Positions 13,399 through 27,140 of a stretch of DNA of 64,000 nucleotides are shown piece by piece (positions within the stretch are counted from its first letter, which is position 1; the number at the start of each line of letters is the position of its first letter). The notes beneath the pieces are model-generated. The model did no database searches. It was not told the origin of the DNA and worked only from the letters and a program-made list of their open reading frames with translations. This DNA comes from Chrysomallon squamiferum. Lineage: Eukaryota; Animalia; Mollusca. The stretch lies in assembly GCA_012295275.1 (NCBI GenBank), contig CM022667.1, positions 16,802,001 to 16,866,000 of the forward strand, given 5' to 3'. The translations under genes were made by a program, and so were the position numbers.

Positions 13399-13624
13399 CC
13401 TGAGTCGTAATACTACAATTCAAACAGAAGAAAAAGACCATGTCAACAGCCACGTTGTCGCTTTTCGATTTCGTGTTTTGTATACATTTACTTTATTTTA
13501 TTATGTGAATTCAGTGTATGTATGTGTGTGTGTCTATGTCTGTGTTTGACTGTGGGTGCATATGTGTTTGTGAGCAGAAGAGAGAGAGAAAAAGAGAAGA
13601 AGGAGAAGAGAATGTGAACAGCCA
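13399..13624 (-). pseudogene. Degenerate, partly duplicated family A exon 1 (ATG to GTG, internal deletion)
   Basis: AACAGCCACGTTGTCGCTTTTCG occurs twice (~13445, ~13617); promoter homology follows; start codon lost. Confidence 0.65.
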
Positions 13625-14807
13625 CGTTGTCGCTTTTCGTTGTAACGGGAGTTAGTATTGATAACGTGTAAATATTAATTTCCACATGCACTGGTTGATG
13701 CCTCCGTTTGGTCAAAAAGCTAAGTATGTATAGAAAAGTTTGGTGAAATATAATGCTGACGGAGAATGTTATCATGAGTGAAATATAGAGATTGAATTGT
13801 TAGGGATAATCTCAGACTTAAATTTTTAAATCTTTCTGTTAGGCCCCCATCTCCCTCGTTCTCTCTTTTGTCAGTTTTACAAGAGATTCTACCACTTTTC
13901 TTTAATTTTAAATATTGTACAACATATACATCAAATTAATGAAAAGGTCATTCATGTTCGATTTCTCCACCTCTGCACAATTTCATCATGCATCATTAAG
14001 AAAAATTCTTGTTTAATTTTTAGTGTTTTGTATACATTTACTTTCTTATGTGAATTCATTTAATGAAAAGTATCATTATATATGTATATCTATTTCTATG
14101 TGTATACGCATATATGAGTGTGTGCATGCGTCTGTTTCTGTGTGCTTCTGGGTGCGTATGTATGTGTATGAAAGAGAGAGACTGACAGAGATATCTTTAC
14201 ATTTATTAACTGAAAGAGTGAGAAAGAGAAAGAGGGACAGAAAGAAAGTCAAATAAAACTCCCTATAAACAAGATGTATTTACAGTAGCTCCCAAATCAT
14301 TTTCTCAGTCTTTTGCAGTTGTGTCCAAATTCATTGCAGCACAAAATAATGTTACTAAAAGAAAAATTACTGATAGTCTCCATATCTACACTAATATAGG
14401 TTGATGATCTTAATAATAACACTGATGAGAGAGGACGATGAAGGATTTTATTCAGTATCGATTATATTTTCCAAGAGAGAATATAATCTTTAATTTCTAA
14501 TAACTAAGATGTAACCTTCATAGAGTGAATTAACCTAAATTGTAACTGATTTTATTTCTTTTCAATCTTTCGTAAAATTAAATATAAATAACCACGTCCT
14601 TCATCATATATTCAGGTGATCGTATCTGCAAAGTATAGTATGTATCTATGTGTGTATGTATGTATGTATGTATGTATGTATGTGTGCGTATTAATATAGG
14701 TTAGAGTATATATGCACGCATTAATGAAAATTTGTAGATAGCTGTCCATTATTTCATATAACATTATCATGAATATTCATTATTTAGCTACTATAATATT
14801 TCTTATA

Positions 14808-15019
14808 TCAAAAGAAAAACTCATTTCTCTTTGTAGGTGGTTGTGGTGTAGAACTCGGTTGCTTTGTAGTGGGTGCGGAACACAAAGCCACGCCATATTC
14901 TGGTCGCCATGAATCAATAACTTGTACTTGTGGAGGACATTTACAGTCACCATCATCACTAAAGTATTTCTGTTCTTCTCCACGTAACATGTGTCCTGAT
15001 GGCGTTTTACAATTACGTT
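14808..15019 (-). CDS. Gene A2 terminal exon E3' (ERNCKTPSGHMLRGEEQKYFSDDGDCKCPPQVQVIDSWRPEYGVALCSAPTTKQPSSTPQPPTKRNEFFF*)
   Basis: Phase-1 acceptor, open to TGA at 14808, four Cys intact. Confidence 0.8.
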
Positions 15020-15633
15020 CTGTAATAATAATAATAATATGTTTTTATTGTATTGTCTAGTATTATTAGAATTTCTGCAATTACTACTGTTTTTACTAAT
15101 AATACTAATGTTGTACTACTCCTGATATATTTACTACTACTACCACTACTACTACTCCAAATACTACCACTAATTATGATACCAAAACATTTGCTATTAC
15201 TAATACTGTTATTATAACATTTAAGACATTACTAGAAGCACTGATTCCACTACTGCCACAACTCTTCCACGTCAGTAGTTTCTCAGTCTTCATTACTGGC
15301 TGTTGCTATTACACTTTCCACTAGAAAATCAACACCAACAACAGCTACTACTACTTCTACTGCTACCACTATTACTACCAATACTAGTACCACTTCTACT
15401 AATACTACCACTCGTGCTACTACTACAACTAACCACCACTAAAAATAATAAGAATAGCATTACTATAACTAATCGTACCATTAATGCTAACAGTAAGCCT
15501 ACAACTACTAAAACTAATTGCTTCAGCTACCAGAAGTAGTACTACGATTATTACTACTAACGAGACTACTAATAATTATATCTTTAATTTTTCTAATACT
15601 GTTGGTACAAGTAGATACTGAAATATTTTCTAC

Positions 15634-15848
15634 CTTCACATGTATATCTTCCACAGGCATCACGTCCTTTAGGATCGAAACACATTGGTGCTAAATAATC
15701 ATCGTACACACAACGGATTTCTAATTCAGATGGAGAACCATAACCAGGCTGACAACGACACTCGTACGCACAAGGGTCATAGTCTGGAACGACTTCTCCA
15801 GGTCTGTACATTTGTCCTTTGTGAGAGCAGTGAGGTGGCATTGCAGAT
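15634..15848 (-). pseudogene. Gene A2 exon E2' with a frameshifting ~22-nt deletion just after the acceptor
   Basis: 215 nt versus 237 nt in the 22224-22460 paralog; the VWC coding sequence is otherwise intact. Confidence 0.7.
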
Positions 15849-15909
15849 CTGTAGTGTGTGTAGAAAAATAAGGACAACAACAACAACAATAGTAGTAATA
15901 ATAATAATA

Positions 15910-15953
<44 letters not shown>

Positions 15954-16748
15954 AATAACAACCACAATAAAGTTCAACACAATCAAAATGAAAATGATAA
16001 TGGTTATAATAATAATAGCAATAACAATAATAACAAAAACAACAAAAATAACAACAACAACAATAACAATAGCTGTTATAATAATAACAACATGAATCTA
16101 TATTGGTGAAATTCAAACCGAAAACTATCTTTTTATTTTGTATCTAGTTTCTTTCTTTATTTATTTATTTTTATTTTTATTATTATTTTTTTTTTTTATG
16201 GTTTACTGTGAATGGAAACAACTACTTGAAGAAATCAATATGTCCATAATGTTTGTTATCACCACAACAGCAAACGCTAAGCTAGTTTGGGATTTCATAG
16301 GTATAGGTCTCCAGAATTTCTCTTTATATATTTATTAGTTCATAAAAAATTAAACATAGTGTATATTTAAAAACCGATTTAATCTAATTTACAATATTAG
16401 TGTAATCAACATTAGGCTTTATGAGAATTAATTTTCAGTATTATTTTCAGATTAAAACATATTTCGAAGCGGAATATCGACTCATATTGGCGGCATTCTA
16501 GTATTTTTTTTTTTTTTTTTTTTTTTTTTGTCTCTGTTGTGTTTAGTTGTTGTTTTTTTTGTGTTCTTTGTGTTTTCTTATTTTATTTTATTTTTTTTTA
16601 TTTTTTTTTATTTTACGACATTCGTAGAAAATGAATAGATTGATCGATTAAACGAAAATTATACGAATTTCTTTGTTCGTGCGAACTCTTTACAATACAT
16701 TATATTCAAAGGTGCTATTTGTACAAATATTTTCCTGTCTGAAATCCC

Positions 16749-16806
<58 letters not shown>

Positions 16807-17057
16807 TTATTTTTATTGCTGTCAGTAATGATAGAGTAACAGCCACATCAATACTATCATCACCACATCAGTAATAATAACTATAGCCTCAAGAATGTCA
16901 GTAATAACAACATTATTGTAATGAAAATAAAGATAAGAATAAGAAGAAGAAGAAGAAGAAGAAGAAGAGAAGAAGAAGAAGAATATTAATAACAGTAATA
17001 ACAATAGCTATAATGATAACAATAATAGTAATAATAATTATAATAATTACAAATTAC

Positions 17058-17243
17058 CTTGAGTCATCGTTTTTGTAAATGGTGGCGTTGTAACGGGTTC
17101 GGAACACAAAGCCACGCCATATTCTGGTTTCCACGAACCAATAACTTGTACTTCTGGTGGACATTTACAGTAATCATCATCACTAAAGTATTTCTGTTCT
17201 TCTCCATGTAACACGTGTCCTGATGGCGTTTTGCAGTTACGTT
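17058..17243 (-). CDS. Gene A2 internal exon E3 (ERNCKTPSGHVLHGEEQKYFSDDDYCKCPPEVQVIGSWKPEYGVALCSEPVTTPPFTKTMTQ)
   Basis: 186 nt, phase 1-1, open, ends ACTCAAG|GTAATTTGTA. Confidence 0.85.
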
Positions 17244-17245
17244 CT

Positions 17246-17288
<43 letters not shown>

Positions 17289-17770
17289 TAATAATAATAG
17301 TAGTAATAATAGTGCTATTAATAATAATAATAATTTTATTGTATACTCTAGTATTACAACAAATTCTACTATTTCTCCTACTATAATTATTTTAAGTAAT
17401 AGTATTAATATTGTAACAAGTCTTACTATTTTAACACAACTACTACAAGAACTATTACTACTGCTACTGCAATTCCTAATTATGATACCAATACATTAGC
17501 TATTAGTAATATTATTATTATTACAACTAGCATATTACTTGTAACATTGATTCTACTACTGCCACCAGTTTTACGACTCCTCGACGAAAATACTTTCTCA
17601 GATTCCATTACTGGTTGTTAGTATTATAACAACTTTTACTACTACTACTATACTACTACTACTTACTATAATTACTCCTAATATTTTCACCAATAATACT
17701 AATATTGTAACTATTCCTACTATATTTACTACTACTACTACAACTACTACTACTACTCCAAATACCACTA

Positions 17771-18348
17771 CAGTGGAACCTCAGGTTAAGAACTTAATTC
17801 GTTCCAGAACAAGTTTCGTAAACCGAAATGTACGTAAACCGAAGCGATATCAGACACACGGAAGCAAAACTCCATGTTTTGCAATTATTTCTTTCTTAAT
17901 CTCTACTGTGATACATTTCTGCTTTCCACCAGCATTATCGCTTTCACTTTTTGTTTTCTTGGGCGCCATATTGGATAGGGTATAATAAAAAAAGATACAC
18001 ACATAAAAGCAGCAACAGTTTAAAAAGAAGCGAGCGCACAATCTCAATGCAAAAGCTACTGAGCTGCAGCTGCATATAGCAGACTAAAGGCGCTAATTCA
18101 TGGTATATATTTGCTATAGGGCATGCCTGTAATCGTTTCTTTAAACTCGATTTTGACTTAAGCTTATATTTTTATCTTTAATACCTGTTGACGTCAGAAC
18201 CGACGTCAAAAGAAAGCTTGTCGTAGCGCGTCGCTGTAGTTCGTAACTCGGGACATTACTCGTAAACCGAGACAAAACTTGCCCAGGATCACAGTTCCGT
18301 CATCCGATTTGTTCGAGCTTCGAGGCTTCGTAACCCGAGGTTCTACTG
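17771..18348 (-). mobile_element. Internally deleted Tigger/pogo-like DNA transposon in intron 2 of gene A2
   Basis: TIRs CAGTGGAACCTC.GGTTA / TAACCCGAGGTTCTACTG; left flank TA, right flank TG. Residual minus-strand transposase N-terminus MAPKKTKSESDNAGGKQKCITVEIKKEIIAKHG (ATG 17969) resembles CENP-B/Tigger HTH starts. Confidence 0.85.
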
Positions 18349-18810
18349 TGCTAATATGATACCAATACATTTGGTATTACTAATACTATTATATTACATT
18401 TAGGACATACTAGAAGAACATACCCTACTACTGCTACAAGTTTTGCAAGACCTCCACAACAATAGTCTCTTAGTCTTCATTACTGGCTGTTACTATTACT
18501 CTCGCTATAAAATCAACCAGTCCTTCTAATACTACTACTATCGATACTATTACATTACTACCACTTCTTCTATTAATTCTGCTATTAATTAAAAGTCTAA
18601 CATTATTATTACTAATCCTACCATTAATGGCAATAGTAAGCTTGCAACTGCTGATAATAATTGCTCGAACTACTACTACTAATACTACTACTACTAATAA
18701 TAATAATTATAATAATAAGATTACTACAACTACTATGGCGAATACTAATAATTAAGACTTTTAATTCTTGTGCTGCTTTTGGAATAAGGTGATAATGAAA
18801 AGGTGTGTAC

Positions 18811-19053
18811 CTCGGCACGTGTGTCTTTCACAGGCACCAGGACCGTGATCAACCGGATCGAAACACATTGGTGGTAAATAATCAGCGTATCTACAACGAA
18901 TTTCTAACTCAGATGAAGAATAATAAGCAGGCTGACAACGACACTCGTACGCACAACGATCATAGTCTGGAACGATTTGTCCAGTTTCGTACATTTGTCC
19001 ATTGTGAGAGCAGTGAGGTGGTATTGCAGGTGTGGATATAGGTGGCGGCAGCT
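18811..19053 (-). CDS. Gene A2 exon E2 (ELPPPISTPAIPPHCSHNGQMYETGQIVPDYDRCAYECRC...CFDPVDHGPGACERHTCR)
   Basis: 243 nt, phase 1-1, open, 8 Cys; the donor GTACAC is weaker than in paralogs. Confidence 0.8.
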
Positions 19054-19104
19054 CTGTAGTGTGTGTGGAAAAATAAGGACAACAGTAACAATAATAATAA
19101 TAAC

Positions 19105-19180
<76 letters not shown>

Positions 19181-19393
19181 GTAATAATAACAACAACAAT
19201 AACAATAATAATTATTATGAAAACAATAATAATTGTAATAATAATAATAATAATAATGGCACAAATCACAACAACAATAATAACCACCATAATAATAATA
19301 ATGGTAATAACCATCACAATAACAATAATAATAATAAGAATGGTAATAACAACAATAACAATACCTGCTATAATAATAATAACTATAAATTGC

Positions 19394-19463
19394 TTGGAGT
19401 CGTTGGCATTGACAACACCAAAGAAAAAATAGAATTCACACAGAAGAACATATGAAAAGCCAT
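19394..19463 (-). pseudogene. Extra family A exon 1 copy with donor changed to GC (MAFHMFFCVNSIFSLVLSMPTTP)
   Basis: Homologous to E1 with its own promoter block; junction CCAA|GCAATTTA instead of CAAG|GTAATTTG. Confidence 0.6.
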
Positions 19464-19872
19464 GTTGTCGCTTTTCGTTTGAGACGTTTTCATGGTGTGT
19501 AAATAACAGTTTCCACACGTTCTCTTTGATGCCTCTTCATTAGCTAAGTATGTATAGAAAAGACGGGTGATGGGCAATGCAAGCAGTGGATCATACCACC
19601 AGCGAGATTAAACTAATAAGGGTTTATCATGTCTATCAAGTCTCTGTCTCTCAACTTTTAAATGTTTCTGCTAGACTTTCTTTCTCTTTCTCTGTTTCTT
19701 TTTCGATATTGATACATTCTTGGACAAGATGTATTTATATAGGGTTATTACTTTCATATTATTACTAAGACTGTTCAGAGTCTTGTTATTATTATTATTA
19801 TAGCTGTGTTACATTCTGGTAATAAAATTGATGTAGCTGTTACTGTGTCACTATTAATAGAAATTGTAATAA

Positions 19873-19917
<45 letters not shown>

Positions 19918-19986
19918 GAAGAAGAAGAAGAAGAATATTAATGAAATAATAATAAAAATAATAATAATAATATAAGTACAAATTAC

Positions 19987-20062
19987 CTTGAGTCGTTGGC
20001 ATTGACAAAACAGAAGAAATAATAAAATTCACATAGAACAAGAAGACTATGCTAACAGCCAT
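19987..20062 (-). CDS. Gene A2 exon 1 (signal peptide MAVSIVFLFYVNFIISSVLSMPTTQ/G)
   Basis: 76 nt, phase-1 GT donor. Confidence 0.8.
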
Positions 20063-20283
20063 GTTGCCGCTTTTCGTTTGTGACATGAGTCAGCATTGAC
20101 AACGTTGAAGCAGCTGTTTACACACGCGCAATTTGATGCCTCTATTTGTCATACTACAGAAACAACTGGTTATATGAAATCCGAATCATACTACGAGTGA
20201 AATATGGATATTAAAATAATAAGGGTTCATCATGACTATCATTTAATCTCAGTCTCTCAGATTTTCAAACATTTTGTTACACC

Positions 20284-20402
<119 letters not shown>

Positions 20403-21150
20403 TCAGTATTCAAACATTTCTGGCCAAGACGTATATATATATATATTTTATCTGTATCTTTTCTTCTTTGCAAAAATATAATCACTTCTTCACCTCATGA
20501 AGTTATTTCTTCCTTATAATACTTAATTTCAAACTTGACAATTTGTATGTGTATATATAGTGAGACGTTTACTTGTACAAACTCAAGCAGAGAGAATGTG
20601 GAAGAAAAAGACAGAGGCATCTACAATTACTTCTAAATCAATAGCTCAGTCTGTTACGATGTTTCAAAGTTAATTATAGCACTAAATAATGTCACTAACA
20701 GAAAAATTAACCACAGTCTACATGTCTACAGTAACAGAGCTTTGTGATCTTACTTAGAAAGAAAGAAGAAATATTTTTATTCAGCATTAATTATATTTTC
20801 CAAGAGATAACATAATCTTTAACTTTTACAAACACAGATGTACCATTATATAGTAAATTAGCCTAAATTGTAATTGCTTTCTTTTTTTTTTTTTTTTTTT
20901 TTTTCAATCTTTTGCAAAATTAATTATAAATAACCACGTCCTTGAGCCAATCATATATTCAGATAATCGTATCTGCAGATTAGAATACGTATGTTTGTAT
21001 GTATGTATGTATGTATGTATGTATGTATGTATTTATATGCATGTTTGTAGTATATATGTATGTTTGAGTAGATATGCACGTATTAATAATCATTATTTCA
21101 TATAACATTATAAACAATATTCATCACTTAGCTACTAAATACTTTTTATT

Positions 21151-21488
21151 TCAAAAGAAAAAGTCATTTCTCTGTTGTTTATGAGAACGCTGTTGTAGGT
21201 GGTGGTGTGGTGGTGGTGTTGTAGATCTGTAGAACTCGGTGTTTGTGCTGTAGAACTCGCTGGTGGTGTTTGTAGAACTCGGTTTTGTGCTTTGGTAGTG
21301 GGTGCGGAACACAAAGCCACGCCATATTCTGGTCCATGGCTGTAAGCTCGGTGGTGGTGTTGTAGATATCGGTGTCCATGGACCAAAAATTTGTACTTGT
21401 GGAGGACATTTACAGTAACCATCATCACTAAAGTATTTCTGTTCTTCTCCTCGTAACACGTGTCCTGATGGCGTTTTACAGTTACGTT
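21151..21488 (-). CDS. Gene A3 terminal exon E3; a 40-nt insertion shifts the frame and gives a new C-terminus lacking the last Cys
   Basis: Open from the acceptor at 21488 to TGA at 21151; the ancestral YGVALCSAPTT lies in another frame after the insertion; may be a pseudogene. Confidence 0.6.
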
Positions 21489-21490
21489 CT

Positions 21491-21558
<68 letters not shown>

Positions 21559-22223
21559 TAATAATAATAAATAATAAATAATGTTCCTTTTTATTGTCTT
21601 ATAACTCTAACATTATAACAGCTTATACTACTTCTCCTACTATAATTATTTTTACTAAACATATTAATAATTTAACCACTATTACTACTGCAACAACTGT
21701 TACTACCACTACTCCAAATAGTACTAATTATGATACCAATACATTTGCTATTACCAATACTATTACTATTACAACTAGCATTTTACTCGATGCACTGATT
21801 CCACTACTGCCAGAAGTTTTACAAGTCCTCCTCGACAATAATTTCCATGTCTTCATTACTGGTTGTTAGTGCTAGGGTTGCCACTATAAAATCAACAACA
21901 ACAACTAGTACTACTTTCCTACTATACTACTACTACTACTACTACAAATACCAGTACCACCTCTACTACTAATTTAACTACTTCTACTACTATTCGAGCT
22001 ACTATTACAACCGCTAGCACAAATAAGAAGAATAACATTATTATTACTAATCCTACCATTAATAGTAAGCCTACAACTATTAAATCTAATTGCTCCAACT
22101 ACCACTTATAATACCACTACTAATAATAATACTACGATCACTACTACTAATGAGACTACTAATAATTAGATTTTTAATTCTTCTAGTACTGTTGGTATAA
22201 GGAGATACCGAAATATTGTCTAC

Positions 22224-22460
22224 CTTGACAGGTATAGCTTCCACAGGCATCAGGTCCTTCAGGATCGAAACACATTGGTGCTAAATAATCAGCGTACGTA
22301 CAAATAATTTCTAATTCAGATGGAGAATCATAACTAGGCTGACAACGACACTCGAACGCACAAGGCTCATAGTCTGGAACGACTTGTCCAGGTCCGTACA
22401 TTTGTCCATTGTGAGAGCAGTGAGATGGCATTGCAGGTGTGGATGTAGGTGGCGGCAGCT
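22224..22460 (-). CDS. Gene A3 exon E2 (ELPPPTSTPAMPSHCSHNGQMYGPGQVVPDYEPCAFECRC...CFDPEGPDACGSYTCQ)
   Basis: 237 nt, phase 1-1, open, 8 Cys. Confidence 0.85.
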
Positions 22461-23468
22461 CTGTAGTGTGTGTGAAAAAAAAGAGAAAAATAATACTAGT
22501 AATAACAATAGCAATAACAACAACAACAACAACAACAAAAAAATAATAATAATAAAATAAAACAACATTAACAATAAAAACAATGAAAATGAAAATAATA
22601 ATGATAATGATTCTAATAATAATATTATTAATAATAACAATACCTCTTTTTTTTTCTTCTTCTTTTTTTATGATTTATTGGGCATGGAAACAACTACTTC
22701 AAGAAAGCAATATGTCTATAGTGTTTGTTATCACCACCAAGCCGGATGTGAGCTTAGGCTAAACAAGCTTGGGGTTTATACTCTCAGAATTTCTGTTTAT
22801 GTATTTATCAATAAATAAACAGTGAAACATAATGTATATTACAACAACCGATTTAATCTAATTTACAATCTTAACGTAATCAACATAAGACTTTATGAGA
22901 ATTAATTTCCAATATTATTTCAAGATTAACAAATATTTCGAAACTGACTATTGAATAATATTGGCGGCATTCTTCTAATTTTCCATAGTTCACTGCAGAG
23001 TTTAAACTTTTAATATCATATCGATACTCATTTAACGAGAAGAAGACAGAGAGAATTCTTAACATTAAGTAAACTATTTGTTAATCAAAGGATAGAAGAG
23101 AAAAATATACAACATGGTATTATGAGAGTGAAATGGATTCAGTAAATAACACTTGGAACTGTGACATCGGCTTTTCCGAAAAGCAGACCAACAGATGGTA
23201 TTAAAAAAATGTATTCAGAAACCCAGGAGTGGATGCTGCTTTATATTTGTGTGTTGTTGTGTTTCGTTGTTGTGGTTTTGTTGTTGTTGTCTGTTTTGTT
23301 GTTTTGTTGTTGTTGTTGTTGTTTTTCTGTTTATTCATATATTGTTAGTGAGTTCAGTACATCCATCTTAACGTCACAGAAAAGCGACAGTCTCCTCTGA
23401 GCTATACGCCACATACATTCGAGTGTCAACAGTTATAATAATAATAATAATGATAATGATAATAAAAA

Positions 23469-23499
<31 letters not shown>

Positions 23500-23770
23500 A
23501 TCATCTTTATTATCACTACTGTGATGTTATTACTGATACTGTTGAGAATGTAATTATTATTATTATTATTTCTGTGACATTGTTGAGGCTGTAGTTATCA
23601 TTATTATTATTATTTCTGCGTAAGATGCTGATGATAATATTGCTGTAGCTGTTACTCTGTCACAATTAACAACTACAACAACAACAACAAGAGCAACAAC
23701 AAGAAGAACAACAACAACACCAACAACAACAACACTAGCGATAAAAATAATAATAATAAGTACAAATTAC

Positions 23771-23846
23771 CTTCAGTCGTTGGCAATGACACGACAGACG
23801 AAATAATAAAATTCACACACAACAACAAGAGCATGTTAACAGCCAT
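23771..23846 (-). CDS. Gene A3 exon 1 (signal peptide MAVNMLLLLCVNFIISSVVSLPTTE/G)
   Basis: 76 nt, phase-1 donor GAAG|GTAATTTGTA. Confidence 0.85.
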
Positions 23847-23861
23847 GTTGTCGCTTTCCGT

Positions 23862-23896
23862 TTCTGACGTGACTCAGTATTCATGGCGTTTAAATA
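23862..23896 (-). promoter_or_regulatory. Core promoter of gene A3: TATTTAAA at -31, TCAG initiator-like, TGAGTCA between them
   Basis: TATA-like box 23889-23896, Inr-like A at 23865, 19 nt before the ATG; block conserved in paralogs. Confidence 0.6.
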
Positions 23897-24080
23897 ACAG
23901 TTTCCACATGCGCAGTTTGATGCCTGTGTTTGGTAAATAGGTTAACTATGTTTAGAAAAGACTGGTGACGTGCAATGCTGAAAGCGGCGCTTATCACCAG
24001 CGTAACATAGAAATTAAAATACAAAGAGTTTATCATGTCTATCAGTCTCAGTCTCTCAGTTTTTAAATGTTACTGTTAGA

Positions 24081-24195
<115 letters not shown>

Positions 24196-24211
24196 TATAT
24201 TCATACAGATT

Positions 24212-24366
24212 AATGAAGGTGACAACATATTTTTGCAAAGAACAAAATATATACTTAAATGGAGAGATTCAATGTAATTAAATTTTGAGATAAGATTTAA
24301 TTACATAGAATCTCTCCATTTAAGTATATATTTTGTTCTTTGCAAAAATATTTTGTCACCTTCATT
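24212..24366. repeat. Fold-back inverted repeat (75-bp arms, 5-nt loop, 3 mismatches)
   Basis: 24212-24286 is the reverse complement of 24292-24366. Confidence 0.9.
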
Positions 24367-24660
24367 TTAGACACGGAGTTATGTTTTCCTTATACTACTT
24401 AATTTCAAACTTGACAATTTTCCAAAACCTTCTACCAGATTCCTTAATTTTAAATTGTTTACAACATTTACCATTAAATTAAAAAATAAAGTCAGCTTCG
24501 ATTTCTTCACCTCTGTACAAATTGATCTTGCATCATTCAGGAAAAATCTTGTTTAATTTTAGTGTTTTTTATACATTATTTTATTATGTGAATTCATTTA
24601 TAGAAAAGTATCCTTATCTATGTGCATGTATCTGCTTCTATCTGTATATTTGTATGTTTG

Positions 24661-24719
<59 letters not shown>

Positions 24720-25217
24720 TGTGTGCGTGTGTGTGTGTGCGTGTCTGTGTTTGCTGTTGCGTATACCTGTGGGTGCATATTTATTTGTCTGCAAGAGAGA
24801 GAGAGAGCGAAAGAGGGACAGGAAGAAAGTAAAATACAACTCCCTATAAACAATATATATTTACAGTAGCTCCCAAATGATTTTCTTACTTTTCAACAAT
24901 TTCTAAAACTATATATAAATAAGTACGTCCTTGATTCAATCATATATTCAGGTAATCCTATCTACAGATTAGATTATGTATGTGTGTATATATATATATG
25001 TATGTATGTATATTTTTGTATTAATATATGTTCGAGTATATTTGCTAACTATTTCTATATATAGAATATTCATTATTTAGCTACTAAATTTTTCTTATGT
25101 CAAACTGAAAAGTAATTTCTCTGTTGTTTACGAGAATGCTGTTGTAGTTGGTGCTGTTGTAGACATCGTTTCACGCGAGAAATATAGAGATTAAAATAGT
25201 TCATTATGTGTAGCATT

Positions 25218-25319
<102 letters not shown>

Positions 25320-25401
25320 TGGTAATAATAATAATAATACGAAGAAGAAGACGAATATTAATGAAATAATAATAAAAAAGAATAATATAAGTACAAATTA
25401 C

Positions 25402-25469
25402 CTTGGCATTGACAAGACAGAAGAAATAATAAAATTCACACAGAACAAGAAGACCATGTTAACAGCCAT
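25402..25469 (-). pseudogene. Family A exon 1 with 8-nt deletion (phase 2), flanked by E3 scraps at ~25110-25165 and ~25848-25865
   Basis: MAVNMVFLFCVNFIISSVLSMP then AG|GT; no E2 directly downstream. Confidence 0.7.
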
Positions 25470-25656
25470 GTTGCCGCTTTTCGTTTGTGACATGAGTCAG
25501 CATTGACAACGTTGAAGCAGCTGTTTCCACACGCGCAATTTGATGCCTCTATTTGTCATAGAGAAACAACTGGTTATATGGAATCCGAATCATACTACGA
25601 GTGAAATATGGATATTAAAATAATAAGGGTTCATCATATCACTTAATCTCTCTTTT

Positions 25657-25781
<125 letters not shown>

Positions 25782-25817
25782 TAAGCATTTGTGGATATAT
25801 ACATTTACTATATCATC

Positions 25818-25851
<34 letters not shown>

Positions 25852-26671
25852 CGTGTCCTGATGGATGGTTTATACATAATTTTCATAATAATAATAATAA
25901 TAATAATAACATAATCAGATGAAGTACTACTACTACTACTACAACTATTAATGGTAGCACTGATTCTACTACTACTACAACTATCTCTTCTACTTCTAAT
26001 ACAACTATTATATTATTTATATTAATGGTAGCACTGATTCTACTCCTGCCACAACTTTTACATCTCTTCCACAACAACAGTTTCTTAGTCTTCATCACTC
26101 TTTATAATTAGTACTCTTATTTCAACAACAACTACTACTGCTGCTGCTGCTATTTCTACTACTGCTGCTAGGGCTGATACTGATGATACAATTAACATAA
26201 AACAGACTCTCACTACTAAAACTAATGATGACGCTAATATTAAACATACATTTTACTAATGCTACTACTACTGTACTTACACTATTACTACTAATAATAA
26301 TACAACGATTACCGAGACTACTAATAATTCTGTTACATTTCCTCCATTGTTGGCATAAAGATAAACTGAAGAATTTTGTACCTGAACATGTGTACCACTA
26401 ACAATGATACTGATGAAGGATAGTGACATCTCATGTCGACAGAGGATACTGAGCTAAATACAGAAAGCATAATAACAAAAATTCATCTTATCTCTCAATT
26501 TCCTTCCATTAAAATTTTTTTTCGCTGTTTCAGCTGCTCATAACTTTCTAGCGACGTGAGAGGTTGTGTCCACGACAGGCCTGCTTCAACATTTATCTAA
26601 TGAAACTGATCACAAATTACCTTAACACATAATGTACGACATAATCAAAAATATATGTTACAAATGCGTAA

Positions 26672-27140
<469 letters not shown>

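Noticed and set aside
18761-19518. Long overlapping ORFs on both strands (up to 204 aa)
   Set aside because: Open only because of AAT/AAC repeats; the real coding part is exon 18811-19053.
25402-25469. Phase-2 exon 1 could restore frame with the shifted E2' at 15848
   Set aside because: It would require skipping two whole genes over ~9.5 kb; most likely coincidence.
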